NCBI GenBank assembly: GCA_963842525.1
Contig: CAWJGT010000009.1
Span: forward strand, 64,001 to 128,000
DNA: 64,000 nt
Direction: 5' to 3'
From: an uncultured Holophagales bacterium
GTDB lineage: Bacteria > Acidobacteriota > Thermoanaerobaculia > Multivoradales > UBA5704
Part shown: one piece after another, positions 29,877 through 39,935 of the stretch
How the letters are laid out: every line of letters begins with the position of its first letter
Position numbering within the stretch: the stretch's first letter is position 1
The notes under the pieces: model-generated
Database searches by the model: none
What the model was told of the DNA's origin: nothing
What the model saw: only the letters and a program-made list of their open reading frames with translations
Program-made: the position numbers and the translations under genes

Positions 29877-32800
29877 TCACCGCCAATCGTGGCTCGGCAC
29901 CGCCGCCACTCTCTTCAGGGACCAGAACCTCTCCCCCTTGACCGAGATCGTGCCGTCCCGCTTCTGGAGGGTGCCTTCGACGACGAGGCCGGGGGAGCCG
30001 ACGATCAGCTTGCGGTGTTTCTGGAGGAGGTCGGGAGAGACGACGGCCTGCGACATGCCGGTCTCGTCTTCCAGAGTGATGAAGAGGAGGCCCTTGGCGG
30101 TGCCGGGACGCTGCCTCACGATCACCGAGCCGGCGGTGCGGACGCGCTGGCCGTCCCGCAGCTTGTCGAGGCCGGCGGCGGTGGTGACTCCCTTCTCCTG
30201 GAGCTGGTCGCGGAAATAGACAAGGGGGTGCGGGCCCAGGGTGAGCTGGATGCCCGCGTAGTCGGCCTGGGTCTCTTCGACCGCGGTCATCTCCGGGAGC
30301 GGTGAGGGCTCCGGGTCTTCCAGATGGTCGAGGAGCGGCCCGGCGGGACGGGCGCTCCGCGCCACCTGCCAGAGGGCGGCGCGGCGGGTCAGGCCGAAGG
30401 AGGCGAGGGCCCCGATCTCGGCCAGGGTGGCGATCTCGTTGGAGTTGAGACGGCAGCGTTCAATCAGGTCGTCCACGCTCTGGAAAGACTGGCGCTTTCT
30501 CTCTTGCTCGATGGTCTTTCCCATCTTGTCGCGCAGGCCGCGTACGAAACGGAAGCCGAGGCAGAGGGCCCCCACCGGCGGCACCTCGCCGGTCCGCCGG
30601 TCCCGCTCGCCTTCACGGATGTCCCGGTCCTCCCAATGGCAGCGGTATCCCGAGACCTGGACGTCCACCGGCCGGATCTCGACGCCGCGGCGCTGCGCAT
30701 CCTTGACCAGGGTGGCCGGATGGTAGAAGCCCATGGGCCAGGCATTCAGGAGCCCCAGGAAGAAGGCCGTGGGATGGTGGGCCTTCAGGTAGGCGCTGGC
30801 ATAGGCGATCAGGGCGAAGCTCGCGGCGTGCGACTCCGGGAAGCCGTAGAGGGCGAAGGAGGTGATGGACTGGACGATCTCGTCCTGCGCCTTGCCCACG
30901 ATCCCCTTTTCGCTCATCCCCCGGCGGAGCTTCTCCACGATCGCGTTCATCCGCTCCACCGATCGTTTGGAGCCCATGGCCCGCCGCAGCTCCTCGGCCT
31001 CGCCGCCGGTGAAGCCGGCTGCCACCATGGCCACCCGCAGGAGCTGCTCCTGGAAGATCGGCACGCCCAGGGTGCGCTTGAGGATCGGTTCCAGGCTCGG
31101 GTGCGCGTAGATCACCGGCTGGCGGCCGTTGCGCCGTTCGAAGTAGGGGCTCGCCATCTTGCCCGCGATCGGACCGGGCCGGATGATCCCTACCTGGATC
31201 ACCAGGTCGTAGAACTTTTCCGGATGGTTGCGCGGCAGCGACGCCATCTGCGCCCGGCTCTCCACCTGGAAGACGCCCACGGTGTCCGCCGCCCGCAGCA
31301 TCCGGTAGACCTTGGGATCGTCCGGCGGCAAGTGAGAGAGGTCGACGTTCACGTTTTCGTGCAGGCGGATGGTCGGCACCATCTCCTCCAGGGCGTTGAG
31401 CATCCCCAGACCCAGGAGGTCGACCTTGATGATGCCCAGGTCGGCGCAGTCGTCTTTATCCCACTGGACGACGACCCGGCCGGGCATGGAGGCGGGCTCC
31501 AGGGGGACGACCTCGTCCAGGCGGCCGGCGGCGATGACCATGCCCCCGGAGTGCTGGCCGAGATGGCGGGGGAGGTTGTGGATGCGCACCCACTGGTCGC
31601 GGAAGAGCTGGATGCGCGGCTCCTCGGGATCGAAGCCGGCGGCGGTCATCTCGTTGTCGAACGACTTCGGATCGCCGCTCGCCACGTCGTAGGTCCAGCT
31701 CCCGAGCTGCTTGGCGAGCCGGTCCACCTGCTCGGGGGAGTAGCCGAAGACCTTGGCCACCTCGCGCGTGGACGACTTGTCGCGATACGTGATGACGTTG
31801 GCAGTCATGGCCGCGCCGCGCGGGCCGTAGCGCTGGTAGACGTACTGGATGACTTTTTCGCGCTGCGTGCCCGATGGCAGGTCGAGATCGATGTCCGGCC
31901 ACTCGCCGCGCTCTTCGGAAAGAAACCTTTCGAAGAGCAGCTCCATCTTGACCGGGTCGACCGCGGTGATCGAGAGGGCATAGCAGACCGCGCTGTTGGC
32001 CGCCGAGCCGCGTCCCTGGGCGAGGATGTTCTCGCGCTGGCAGAACTGGACGATGTCCCAGACGATCAGGAAATAGCCCGCCAGCTCGAGCTTCTCGATC
32101 AGGTCGAGCTCCCGCTGGATCTGCGCCTGCGCCTTGGCGGTCAGCGGCCGGAAACGCGCCTTGGCGCCGTTCCAGGTGATGTGCCGCAGGTAGGAGGACG
32201 GGGTCTCGCCCGGAGGGAGCGGGTAGTCGGGGAAGCGGTAGCCGAGGTTCGCCAGGGTGAAGTCGAGCCGCTCGGACAGCTCGGCCGTGGCGGCCAGCGC
32301 CTCCGGCAGGTCGGCGAAGAGCCGGGCCATCTCGGCCGCGCCCTTCAAGTGCCGCTCGCGGTGCGCCGCGAGGAGGGCCCCGGCCGCATCCAGGGTCGTG
32401 TGGTGCCGGATCGAGGTGAGGACGTCGTGGAGCGGCTTGTCCTCGGCCCGGGCATAGCGCACGCCGTTGGTGGCCACGATGGGCAGGCGCAGCCGGGCCG
32501 CCAGGTCGAGAAGCGCGCGGTTCCGGTGCTCCTCCTCGCGCAGCCGGTGGCGCTGGAGCTCGATATGGATGCGGCCGTGGAAAAGGACGGTCAGCCGCTC
32601 GATCGCCCGCCGTGCCGCATCGATCCCGCCATGAGCGAGCTCGCGGGCCACGAGCCCCTCATCGCTGCCGGTGAGGCACCAGAGCCCGGCCGCATGCTCG
32701 GCCAGCAAGTCCCAGGAGACCCGGGCCTCGCCCTTGGGCCGGCCGAGCGCCGCCGTGGTCAGCATCCGGCACAGGTTGCGATACCCGGCCGCGCTCTCGA

Positions 32801-33410
32801 CGAGCACGGTCACTCTCGCACCGTTCCCTGTCACGTCCCCCCTCTCCCGGTTGGGGGGAGAGCGATGGGAGAGGGGGCCAGGGGGTGAGGATGGCACAAG
32901 CCCCAGAGGTCCTCGCCGTCCGGCAGGGATCGCCGGCTCGTCTTCGATCACCAGCTCGGCTCCGACCAGAGCCTTGACCCCTGCCTGCTTGGCCGCCTGA
33001 TAGAAACGCGGCGCGCCATACACGCCGTTGACGTCGACCAGGGCCACGGCCGGGAGGCCGACCTCGGCAGCCCTCTGGAGCAGGTCCTCGGGCAGGGACG
33101 CGCCCTGGAGGAAGGAGAAGGCCGAGGCCGCATGCAGCTCTGTGTAGGGAGGAGGAGAACCGCGTCGCGATCGCGGAGCGGGCTCGACGGAGGTGTACTC
33201 GCGGTGTTTCCGCTTTTCCTTGTTGGCTCCCGGGGAGCTCTCGAGGGCCGGCAGGTCGTACCCGAAGTCGCGCGAGGGAGGACCCGGCGCGACCGGCTGC
33301 TCCGGCGCGGGCGGCTCCTCCTGCGGCCGCTCCTTCAGACCGGAGAGGTCGAGCCATTTTCCGACCTCGCGGGCCGGAGGGGAGGGAACCTCGTCCTTCT
33401 TCCGCGCCAT
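29877..33410 (-). CDS. dnaE2: Error-prone DNA polymerase DnaE2
   Basis: YTELHAASAFSFLQGAS PHP start, GRGSAANSAVCYAL, PDIDLD, YGFPESHAASFA, RQRPGTAKG, C-terminal SHDWR. Confidence 0.93.
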   Translation of the reverse strand: MARKKDEVPSPPAREVGKWLDLSGLKERPQEEPPAPEQPVAPGPPSRDFGYDLPALESSPGANKEKRKHREYTSVEPAPRSRRGSPPPYTELHAASAFSFLQGASLPEDLLQRAAEVGLPAVALVDVNGVYGAPRFYQAAKQAGVKALVGAELVIEDEPAIPAGRRGPLGLVPSSPPGPLSHRSPPNRERGDVTGNGARVTVLVESAAGYRNLCRMLTTAALGRPKGEARVSWDLLAEHAAGLWCLTGSDEGLVARELAHGGIDAARRAIERLTVLFHGRIHIELQRHRLREEEHRNRALLDLAARLRLPIVATNGVRYARAEDKPLHDVLTSIRHHTTLDAAGALLAAHRERHLKGAAEMARLFADLPEALAATAELSERLDFTLANLGYRFPDYPLPPGETPSSYLRHITWNGAKARFRPLTAKAQAQIQRELDLIEKLELAGYFLIVWDIVQFCQRENILAQGRGSAANSAVCYALSITAVDPVKMELLFERFLSEERGEWPDIDLDLPSGTQREKVIQYVYQRYGPRGAAMTANVITYRDKSSTREVAKVFGYSPEQVDRLAKQLGSWTYDVASGDPKSFDNEMTAAGFDPEEPRIQLFRDQWVRIHNLPRHLGQHSGGMVIAAGRLDEVVPLEPASMPGRVVVQWDKDDCADLGIIKVDLLGLGMLNALEEMVPTIRLHENVNVDLSHLPPDDPKVYRMLRAADTVGVFQVESRAQMASLPRNHPEKFYDLVIQVGIIRPGPIAGKMASPYFERRNGRQPVIYAHPSLEPILKRTLGVPIFQEQLLRVAMVAAGFTGGEAEELRRAMGSKRSVERMNAIVEKLRRGMSEKGIVGKAQDEIVQSITSFALYGFPESHAASFALIAYASAYLKAHHPTAFFLGLLNAWPMGFYHPATLVKDAQRRGVEIRPVDVQVSGYRCHWEDRDIREGERDRRTGEVPPVGALCLGFRFVRGLRDKMGKTIEQERKRQSFQSVDDLIERCRLNSNEIATLAEIGALASFGLTRRAALWQVARSARPAGPLLDHLEDPEPSPLPEMTAVEETQADYAGIQLTLGPHPLVYFRDQLQEKGVTTAAGLDKLRDGQRVRTAGSVIVRQRPGTAKGLLFITLEDETGMSQAVVSPDLLQKHRKLIVGSPGLVVEGTLQKRDGTISVKGERFWSLKRVAAVPSHDWR

Positions 33411-33450
33411 CTTGCCAGATTAGGCGTCAGTGGAGCGTAAGTCAAGCCTC

Positions 33451-33485
33451 CGGGGTGCCGGGGGTGCCGGGGTGCCGGGGTGCCG
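33451..33485. repeat. Short tandem repeat (CGGGGTGC) x4
   Basis: cggggtgccgggggtgccggggtgccggggtgccg. Confidence 0.6.
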
Positions 33486-33495
33486 CTTGATGCCA

Positions 33496-33885
33496 TCAGC
33501 CGATCTTGGTCGGCGTGAACGACGGAGGATCGCTGGCGGGGAAGGATTCCCTCGAAGCCTCCTCGATGGGATCCTCGGGCTCGTCCGGCCGGATGAGCCG
33601 CGCCCCTTCCGGCAGAGGCCGTGAGCGCCAGGTCTGACGCGACGGGATCGCATGATCGCGCGGCGAAAGCTCCCGCCAGTCCTCCTGCTGTTCCGAGGTA
33701 TCGACTCCCAGCGCGCCATAGACCGGGCAGTGGCCGGTCGCGCCCCGGAAGAGCAACGCCGCGCCGCCCAGGGCCAGAGCCGTCGACCCCTTCGAGAGCG
33801 GATAGCTCTTCAATGCATAGGCCAGCAGGGCCCCGCCTCCGACCATCGAGGCCCAGCGTTCAATCTTTCCGACGTTGTCTTGCAT
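33496..33885 (-). CDS. DUF2892/YgaP-like membrane protein with C-terminal EEASRESFPASDPPS motif
   Basis: NVGKIERWAS, RGATGHCPVYGALG; GGAGGAG RBS. Confidence 0.8.
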   Translation of the reverse strand: MQDNVGKIERWASMVGGGALLAYALKSYPLSKGSTALALGGAALLFRGATGHCPVYGALGVDTSEQQEDWRELSPRDHAIPSRQTWRSRPLPEGARLIRPDEPEDPIEEASRESFPASDPPSFTPTKIG

Positions 33886-34102
33886 AGCGACATCTCCTCC
33901 CTGGAAGACTGAGCCGCAAGGGGCGTGCCAGACGCCCTCTCCCCCTGGCCCCCTCTCCCGTGCGGCCCCCCCGTCTTCCGCCCCGAACGGGAGAGGGGAA
34001 ACACTCTGTCAGCCGGAGGAGAAATCGGTTGGGTGGTGGCGCCTCTCTCCCGCGATCGGGGGCGCAGCTCGAAGGACCGGGTCCGGAGAGCCGCTGTGGC
34101 GC

Positions 34103-34525
34103 TCACTGGGCTTCGCGGTCATCCGGCATAAGGACGCGAACGTGAGGGAGTTTGGCGGCGGCTTTCTCAAACGTTGCCACTTCCTCGGCGCCCGAACGAA
34201 GGTAGTTTCGATGGATCACCCGGTCGATGAATCCCGGCTTTGCAGATTCCAGATTTGGAGTGGCGAGAACCGCTGCAACCTCACCCGATCCCTCGACTCC
34301 TGGACTGGCCAGGAAATCGCTCAGGGCATCCAGGGTGTCTTTCTTCGATGCCCCGTAATGATGCTGGAGGGCATAGTAAGCCTCTGCGATGACCCAGTCG
34401 GAGACGAGCACGCGATCTCCCGCCTTCTCACGCTCCAAAATGTAGCCCAGGGCTATGAGAGCCAGATCGCGAGGCTCGCCCGTCAACACTCGCACAAGGA
34501 CTGAGGTGTCGAGACCTACGATCAA
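34103..34525 (-). CDS. PIN-domain toxin (VapC-like)
   Basis: MIVGLDTSVLVR, VIAEAYY, GFIDRVI, ATFE. Confidence 0.85.
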   Translation of the reverse strand: MIVGLDTSVLVRVLTGEPRDLALIALGYILEREKAGDRVLVSDWVIAEAYYALQHHYGASKKDTLDALSDFLASPGVEGSGEVAAVLATPNLESAKPGFIDRVIHRNYLRSGAEEVATFEKAAAKLPHVRVLMPDDREAQ

Positions 34526-34815
34526 AGGTTGCGATCCCGAAGGATCCCTCGGGCGATACTCTCGCGGATCGCGCTCATCTCGTGCCGCGTCACAGCACGA
34601 GCGGTCTTTCCCAGGGCTCCAAACCAGGACGGCATCGCCCGGCCCTCCAGCAGGTCCGGCGCAGCTTTCCCAGGCTCAGCCGCTGGCGCATCTTCTTGCC
34701 CGACATAGCGCTGGTAGAGCTCTACGGTCACCTCGCGCACTGCCCGCCCCTCAAGGGCGCTCTTTGCCTTGACCAGGCGATAGAGCTCATCTGGAACCTC
34801 GATCGTTGCCTTCAT
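34522..34815 (-). CDS. Ribbon-helix-helix antitoxin (VapB-like)
   Basis: MKATIEVPDELYRLVKAKSALEGR; overlaps the PIN gene start. Confidence 0.8.
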   Translation of the reverse strand: MKATIEVPDELYRLVKAKSALEGRAVREVTVELYQRYVGQEDAPAAEPGKAAPDLLEGRAMPSWFGALGKTARAVTRHEMSAIRESIARGILRDRNL

Positions 34816-35135
34816 GTTACCAGTAAACCGTATTGCTGGGTTCCCGTCAAGCTCCCAAGAAGTTCGTCGCCGCCATGGCCTCGACCGCCCGCAACCGCTC
34901 CAGGCGACGCAAAGTGCCCTGGTGGCCCTTGACCAGCTCCTCGACAGCGGCGAGCTGCCGATCGAGCTGTTCCTGCACCCCGGCCGGCTTGATCCCCTCC
35001 GCCGACATCCCGGCCGTGATGACCGTCGCCGCCGGCCGGATGCTCGCCCGGCACTCGGCGGACAGGCGCTGGCCATTGAGCCGCGTGACGACCTCGACCA
35101 CGTCGGCCGGTGGATAGCAGGCCCAAATGTGATCT

Positions 35136-35170
35136 GTGCCCTTCGTCTACATCCTCCGCTGCCGCCCGAA
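35136..35170 (+). pseudogene. Possible N-terminal remnant of a GIY-YIG nuclease
   Basis: MPFVYILRC start, with similarity lost immediately afterwards. Confidence 0.35.
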
Positions 35171-35174
35171 GCTC

Positions 35175-35459
35175 TTATCTCTCCGTGGCGAAGACAATGG
35201 CCGATCCGAAGACCCCCACCAGCCATCCAAGAGGCCCTCCAAATCCCACTGCCACAAAGCGCCAACCCACCACGTCCTCGCCAGTGGGCCGCACAAAAGT
35301 CTGAAAAATCAGATTTAACAGAAGAACACCAACCGCTGGTCCGAGGATGGACGCAGCCGCGACCATCAAGCCACGCGTCCAGGACCTGGAATGCCAACCT
35401 GTCGCGATGGCTGGGAGGCCAAAGAAAATGACACCCACCACGATGCCTATCGCCATCAT
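35175..35459 (-). CDS. Small membrane protein
   Basis: Three hydrophobic segments; AAGGAG upstream. Confidence 0.55.
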   Translation of the reverse strand: MMAIGIVVGVIFFGLPAIATGWHSRSWTRGLMVAAASILGPAVGVLLLNLIFQTFVRPTGEDVVGWRFVAVGFGGPLGWLVGVFGSAIVFATER

Positions 35460-35503
35460 CTGTCCTCACTCCTTATGTTGATGCCATAGCGGGAGACGCA
35501 TCG

Positions 35504-35719
35504 CTACGGGGTGTCGAGGAACTCCGCGATGAGCCGTGCGGTCAGCTCGGGATAGCGGGTGTCTTTCTGCGTTACCACGGCTTCGCCAAGATAATCCCCG
35601 TGTCCACCGGGCAGGATGAGTAGACGTGCGCCTGAAATGAGGCGAGTCAGCTCGAAAGCATGTTCAGGTTTCACGATGTCTTGATCCCCAAGGACGATCA
35701 ACGTCGGTGCGCGGACCAA
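35504..35719 (-). pseudogene. C-terminal fragment of an alpha/beta hydrolase
   Basis: APTLIVLGDQDIV, ARLLILPGGHG; N-terminal part missing. Confidence 0.7.
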
Positions 35720-35800
35720 CCTGACCAGGACGTCCGGTACGTCCTTGAAGCTCTACATCCTCGCGGCAGGTCCCATGGCGCCACCAGGTGCGCAGTCGTG

Positions 35801-36061
35801 TTAGGCCTGCGACCGTCCACCGGACCAAGCCATCTTCATGTACTTCTTGCCATCCTTCAGCTCGGAGAGCATCTGATCGAGGCGCCTTTGGCGAGTCGTA
35901 TCGAGCTTGGCATCCTTGATCCAGGCTAAGTAGTCGTTCTTCTGGTACGCAGGGCGCGCCTTATACGCATCCATCAAGCCGTGCTCGTCGAGGGCTTTCC
36001 TGACGAAAGCAGGCATCGAGTGTCTGGCACGCTTGAGTGGAGTTTTCTTCGAAGTCGGCAT
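35801..36061 (-). CDS. YdeI/OmpD-associated family protein
   Basis: RPAYQKNDYLAWIKDAK..TRQRRLDQMLSEL. Confidence 0.8.
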   Translation of the reverse strand: MPTSKKTPLKRARHSMPAFVRKALDEHGLMDAYKARPAYQKNDYLAWIKDAKLDTTRQRRLDQMLSELKDGKKYMKMAWSGGRSQA

Positions 36062-36183
36062 GTGGATACCCCGCAGGTCGTCTCGGTGAGCTCGCCAAGC
36101 CAGAGGTGCTTCCGGCACGTCCGTGACCCTGCACGGACGCACCGGTTACCGCATTGCAGATCGTACGGGTGGCCCTCGGGGGC

Positions 36184-36540
36184 TCAACCGACGAGATCGC
36201 ACTCATCGAGCTGGACACTCAGCTCGCCGAGGCGAACACAGACGATCTCGTTGAACAGCGGCACGGTGTGCACGATGGCGGCGACCCATTCTCCGGGATT
36301 GGCGGTGGTCTGAATGGAGCTGCCTTGGGCGGTGATGTTTCCGTGGGCCATGGGGTTGCCGTTGACAACGAGTACCGCGACCGCGCCGGTATTGCCGCAC
36401 AGACTGGTTTCCGTAGTGCGCAGTACCATCAGCTTCTGAATCTTACCCTTTACCTGGTGCGAGATGAGCGTGGAGGCTCCGGATTCGCCGACGCCACCGT
36501 GGCCAACTGCAATACAAGGTCCTGACGCACTGTCGGGCAT
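36184..36540 (-). CDS. Hypothetical protein
   Basis: AAAGGAG RBS; 118-aa ORF. Confidence 0.6.
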   Translation of the reverse strand: MPDSASGPCIAVGHGGVGESGASTLISHQVKGKIQKLMVLRTTETSLCGNTGAVAVLVVNGNPMAHGNITAQGSSIQTTANPGEWVAAIVHTVPLFNEIVCVRLGELSVQLDECDLVG

Positions 36541-36719
36541 GTTCGACTCCTTTCAAAGGTATCGGTAGTGATTATGTGTTGCCGGCCGTCTGCGCCGGCT
36601 GTGCCGATCTTGGAGGACAGAGAAGATCGGCGTATAAGTCTTAGCTATTCTACGCTAAGTTCTGAAAGTCGTCAATACGAGCAAACCTGTAGGCCGCAAT
36701 ACGAGGCTGGTCGGGCTGA

Positions 36720-37039
36720 CAACCGAGAGCAGATCGCTGCTCTGGTCGCCGGGCATCGAAGCTCAGGCGGCGGAGGTGCGGGCAGTCATGGGGCGGCCGG
36801 CTCTCGGGCCCGAGGCGATCCGAAACCAGAAGCGGCACGATCGGCCGGCCAAACCGAAGAAATCTCCTGCGCCGCTCTTCCATGCGGCCAGCAAGAAGGT
36901 CCGTCTCGAGGTCTACAGGGCCTACGGTGAGCTCCTGGGCGCCTTCCGGACCGCCGCGGAAAAGCTCAGGGAGGGGGTACGGGATGTCGTCTTCCCGTCA
37001 GGCAGTTTCCCGCCGGCCCTACCCTGGGTGAGCGGATAG
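36720..37039 (+). pseudogene. C-terminal remnant of a Y1/RAYT-like transposase
   Basis: PKKSPAPLFHAAS...AYGELLGAFRTAAEKLREG..VVFPSGSFPPALP; no HUH region present. Confidence 0.5.
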
Positions 37040-37371
37040 GCTTTCGGAGCGTTGGCCGCTGGCAGCCTTCGTAGTTCCGGCCGCCGACAACTTCCTGTGC
37101 GCGGAATTGGGAAAGGTCTACCCTTTAGCCCTCGAAGGGGTCATACAAGCCGCCCAAAACGACCGCACAAAGAAGTGAGCGGCGGTCTCACGGCGTGCTC
37201 AGGTGCACTCACCAGCCAATTTGCACGTCAATATGCGGCTGGGAAGTGGCGATTGAAGTTTCTGGTAATCAAGGTTCGGCTGGCACTTATTGCTGGTGGC
37301 CCTACCCTGGGTGAGCGGATAGGCCTCGAGCGTCCGGGCCGCTGACAGCCTTCGTAGTTCCGGCCGCCGAC
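37015..37371 (+). repeat. Imperfect direct repeat of about 74 bp (37015-37088 and 37298-37371)
   Basis: ggccctaccctgggtgagcggatagg...cagccttcgtagttccggccgccgac occurs twice. Confidence 0.85.
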
Positions 37372-37416
37372 GGCCGGCACTTAGTTCTGGTGGTTCCGTC
37401 CGCTCTATTGATGGGG

Positions 37417-38244
37417 TTATACGCTCTCACGGTTGCCTTCTACGCCAGCACGTGTTACAGCCGCGACCTCCCTCTCTAAATGGTATCTCCACTTATCATC
37501 AATGGAGAGTCTGTCTCCCGCACCAGAGTATATGTCCGGCGTAATTGTCGCCAAATCAACCTTGGCCAACTGAATCCTTGCCTCACGTAGAGCTGTCATT
37601 GCGGCATTCACGTCCATGCCGGCACCAGCCATGAGAGCACTTCTCAAGGATGCCTCACTAGCGCTGCCTCCCTCACTAAGAAGAGCATGGACCACCTGCC
37701 GCGTGGAGGCGGAAAGACTTTCCCATTTCCTAAAGAACACCTCAGGCGGGCCATCTATGTCGCCCTCCAATATTCGGCGCACCTCGGAAGTGAATCGTCC
37801 TTCCAGATTCTCCTTTGCCTCCTTGATAGCACTCCTATCCGACGATGGGCCTAGGTTGTAGACTAACTTAACTGCTCTATGCCGAAGGTCGAAAGGCAGC
37901 CGCTCAGGTGGCCCATAACTCCGATTTAGAACAGAGACTAGGCGGTGCTCCTTAAGCCTTGCAAGCGCGTATCCATACTCAATCAAGACGTTGGGGTTGC
38001 TGCTAGGCCGCTCCGCACTTCCTGTCACAAGCGTAAGGTCACCCACAAACGCCATGCTCTGGTCGATCTTATGCAAGATAGTCTCGAAAATCGGTGGCGA
38101 GCCAGAAACCCCCCGTGTTGCCTCATCCACCTCACAGGGCACAGGTAGGCGCTTGGTCGCTGCCCTCAATGCGTCGCGTATCAAGTAGCGGTTGAGGTCT
38201 TCGGCCGTGTCAGACTGCCAGGAGTAAAAGATCTGTCGTTTCAT
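37417..38244 (-). CDS. Cassette gene: TIR-like/nucleoside deoxyribosyltransferase-like domain plus C-terminal wHTH-like region
   Basis: IFYSWQSD, GSPPI.ETI..KID, NPNVLIEYGYA, LPFDLRHR; lower GC; bounded by GTTATACGC / GCGTATAAC. Confidence 0.7.
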   Translation of the reverse strand: MKRQIFYSWQSDTAEDLNRYLIRDALRAATKRLPVPCEVDEATRGVSGSPPIFETILHKIDQSMAFVGDLTLVTGSAERPSSNPNVLIEYGYALARLKEHRLVSVLNRSYGPPERLPFDLRHRAVKLVYNLGPSSDRSAIKEAKENLEGRFTSEVRRILEGDIDGPPEVFFRKWESLSASTRQVVHALLSEGGSASEASLRSALMAGAGMDVNAAMTALREARIQLAKVDLATITPDIYSGAGDRLSIDDKWRYHLEREVAAVTRAGVEGNRESV

Positions 38245-38256
38245 CGCCCCTCAAGC

Positions 38257-38327
38257 GTATAACACTCTGGGCGATCACCGGCACATGGGCGCGAGCCCAG
38301 GTGTCCGGTGCATCGCCGGTGTTAGCT
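38257..38327 (-). mobile_element. Integron attC site (71 bp)
   Basis: Minus strand AGCTAAC-accGGCGATgCACCGGacac...gtgCCGGTGATCGCC-cagagt-GTTATAC: R''/R' boxes, imperfect palindrome with an extrahelical G, stop codon inside R''. Confidence 0.75.
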
Positions 38328-39197
38328 GCTTGCCTCATCGACCACAAAATTATCAGAGGCTTCTAGCCTAAACAAATTGCGAAGGTAACCTACATCCACT
38401 TCCGGTCTAGCGACGATGTAGGCCTCTGGCCCCCAGGTATTGAGTATTCCGAAGTGCAACCTCTCCTGGTCTAAGGCAGAGAAAACCTGGTCTAATTCGT
38501 GCCGCCGAACCTTAATCGTAGCATGTATCCAGGCTCCCTGGAGTTGAGTTCTCGGATCAGCAGGCTTAAACTTATTGACCAAACTTTTAAACAAGATGGC
38601 TGGGTCTGCAGGTCCACCTTTTACTTCAGGCTCAGTACGACCCACACCCGGCGCAATCTCTTCGAGATGAGTTATCAGGTCCTTATAGCGGTACTTGACG
38701 TCCAACACTACAGGCGTTTCGTTGGGTGGAACGAAAAGCCAGTCGACAGTCGTATTTCCTGGCCCAAAGCCCACAACCTCGAAGGTAGCGGACACCTCGT
38801 CTCCCACTCTGATTAACGGAGCCAGCTCAAATAGGACCTCATGATGTTTGGAGGGCGGTGTCAAACGTTCGAGAAAGCTCTTCAACTGAGAATCGGTGAA
38901 GCGCTTTGTGATTTCTCGTAAACCGAGGAATAGGTGCTCCACTTCTGGAGCATTATGTATACCGAGAGCCACCTGACCGCCAGGGAGCCGGTCTATCTCG
39001 TCACCGTAATCGTAACGCCAACGGTTACCTATAATATCCAGAAAGGCCGGCGCCGACTTTATCTGCAGGGAAAGGACACGGAAAAGACTCTCGGCCTCCT
39101 GGCGCGACTTGCCATGAGCAGCAGCTACTTCGCAGAAAGCATCAACTAGATGCGCTGTTCGAGAGTAGAGGAAGTCGGGGATCCTAAGTGAGTTCAT
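38322..39197 (-). CDS. Cassette gene: hypothetical protein, possible PD-(D/E)xK nuclease fold
   Basis: HHEVLFEL...TVDWLF...VLDVK; low GC; ends in attC. Confidence 0.55.
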   Translation of the reverse strand: MNSLRIPDFLYSRTAHLVDAFCEVAAAHGKSRQEAESLFRVLSLQIKSAPAFLDIIGNRWRYDYGDEIDRLPGGQVALGIHNAPEVEHLFLGLREITKRFTDSQLKSFLERLTPPSKHHEVLFELAPLIRVGDEVSATFEVVGFGPGNTTVDWLFVPPNETPVVLDVKYRYKDLITHLEEIAPGVGRTEPEVKGGPADPAILFKSLVNKFKPADPRTQLQGAWIHATIKVRRHELDQVFSALDQERLHFGILNTWGPEAYIVARPEVDVGYLRNLFRLEASDNFVVDEASS

Positions 39198-39221
39198 TCT
39201 GCTCTGCCTTCTCCTGCTGGC

Positions 39222-39279
39222 GGCCGCGAATGGGACTCAGCTGCGCCGTTAGGCGTCCGCTGCAGGCCCGGTGTTGGGA
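39222..39279 (-). mobile_element. Degenerate attC site
   Basis: Minus strand CCCAACaccgggcctGCAGCGGACGcctaacggCGcaGCTGAgtccca; R' box decayed. Confidence 0.5.
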
Positions 39280-39935
39280 GCTTCCAAAGGTTGTTTGTAG
39301 TAGTAATCTTCCTCCCACAAGGTCGGAAAGTAAGACATATTTAGAAGGGACAGTACCGCGAGGTAGAGAAGTCCCACGCTTACTATAGAGCACACCCACC
39401 ATGGAAATCGCTGACTACTCCATACAGCATAACATGACCAAAGGGGGAAGAGGATAAATCCAAGAGCAAAGGGAAGGTTCTTTAGGGCAGGCACCGAATA
39501 TCTGACACGATCCAGAAGTCCTGTCGATTGCGACAACTTGGGAAAAGCATCATGGATATTGTTGAAAATAAGGGGTAGTTGCCCGCTTCGTGCCATGCCT
39601 GGAAACTGTCGACTACGGCACCAATGCAGAACGACATCGTTTAGGCCCTTCTTAGCGCGAAGTTCCAAGAACTCTGCTATCTTGAAGTTAGTAAGAGCCA
39701 ACAGCAATAGATAGGGTATGTCGAAGTCAGTAAACTCTATATCAAACACTTTTGCCGAGGTAAGCTGAGAGAAGTGGATCAGCAGAAAAAGACCACCAGA
39801 GCTCAGCATCACCGCAATCGTGGTGCCGATTTCCGTATTGAGGTGGTCCGCTCTTGCCGAGGCGATATCGGCCAGTACCTTAGCTTCGCCGTCATCGCCG
39901 ACAAAACGGCCTAGAATATCAGCGACTGGTTTCAT
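39249..39935 (-). CDS. Cassette gene: membrane protein with about 4 TM segments
   Basis: Low GC; preceded by a GTTGGGC core site (39954-39960) complementary to its downstream CCCAAC. Confidence 0.6.
   Translation of the reverse strand: MKPVADILGRFVGDDGEAKVLADIASARADHLNTEIGTTIAVMLSSGGLFLLIHFSQLTSAKVFDIEFTDFDIPYLLLLALTNFKIAEFLELRAKKGLNDVVLHWCRSRQFPGMARSGQLPLIFNNIHDAFPKLSQSTGLLDRVRYSVPALKNLPFALGFILFPLWSCYAVWSSQRFPWWVCSIVSVGLLYLAVLSLLNMSYFPTLWEEDYYYKQPLEAPNTGPAADA

Noticed and set aside
30324-32888. 854-aa plus-strand ORF and similar long ORFs (5973..7856, 8607..10196, 41967..43589, 58581..60380, 62212..63966)
   Set aside because: Antisense shadows of well-supported genes, expected from high-GC codon bias; no recognisable motifs
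29877-33410. Complete imuA-imuB-dnaE2 mutagenesis cassette
   Set aside because: Only dnaE2 is present; no imuA/imuB neighbours or recognisable LexA box in the window
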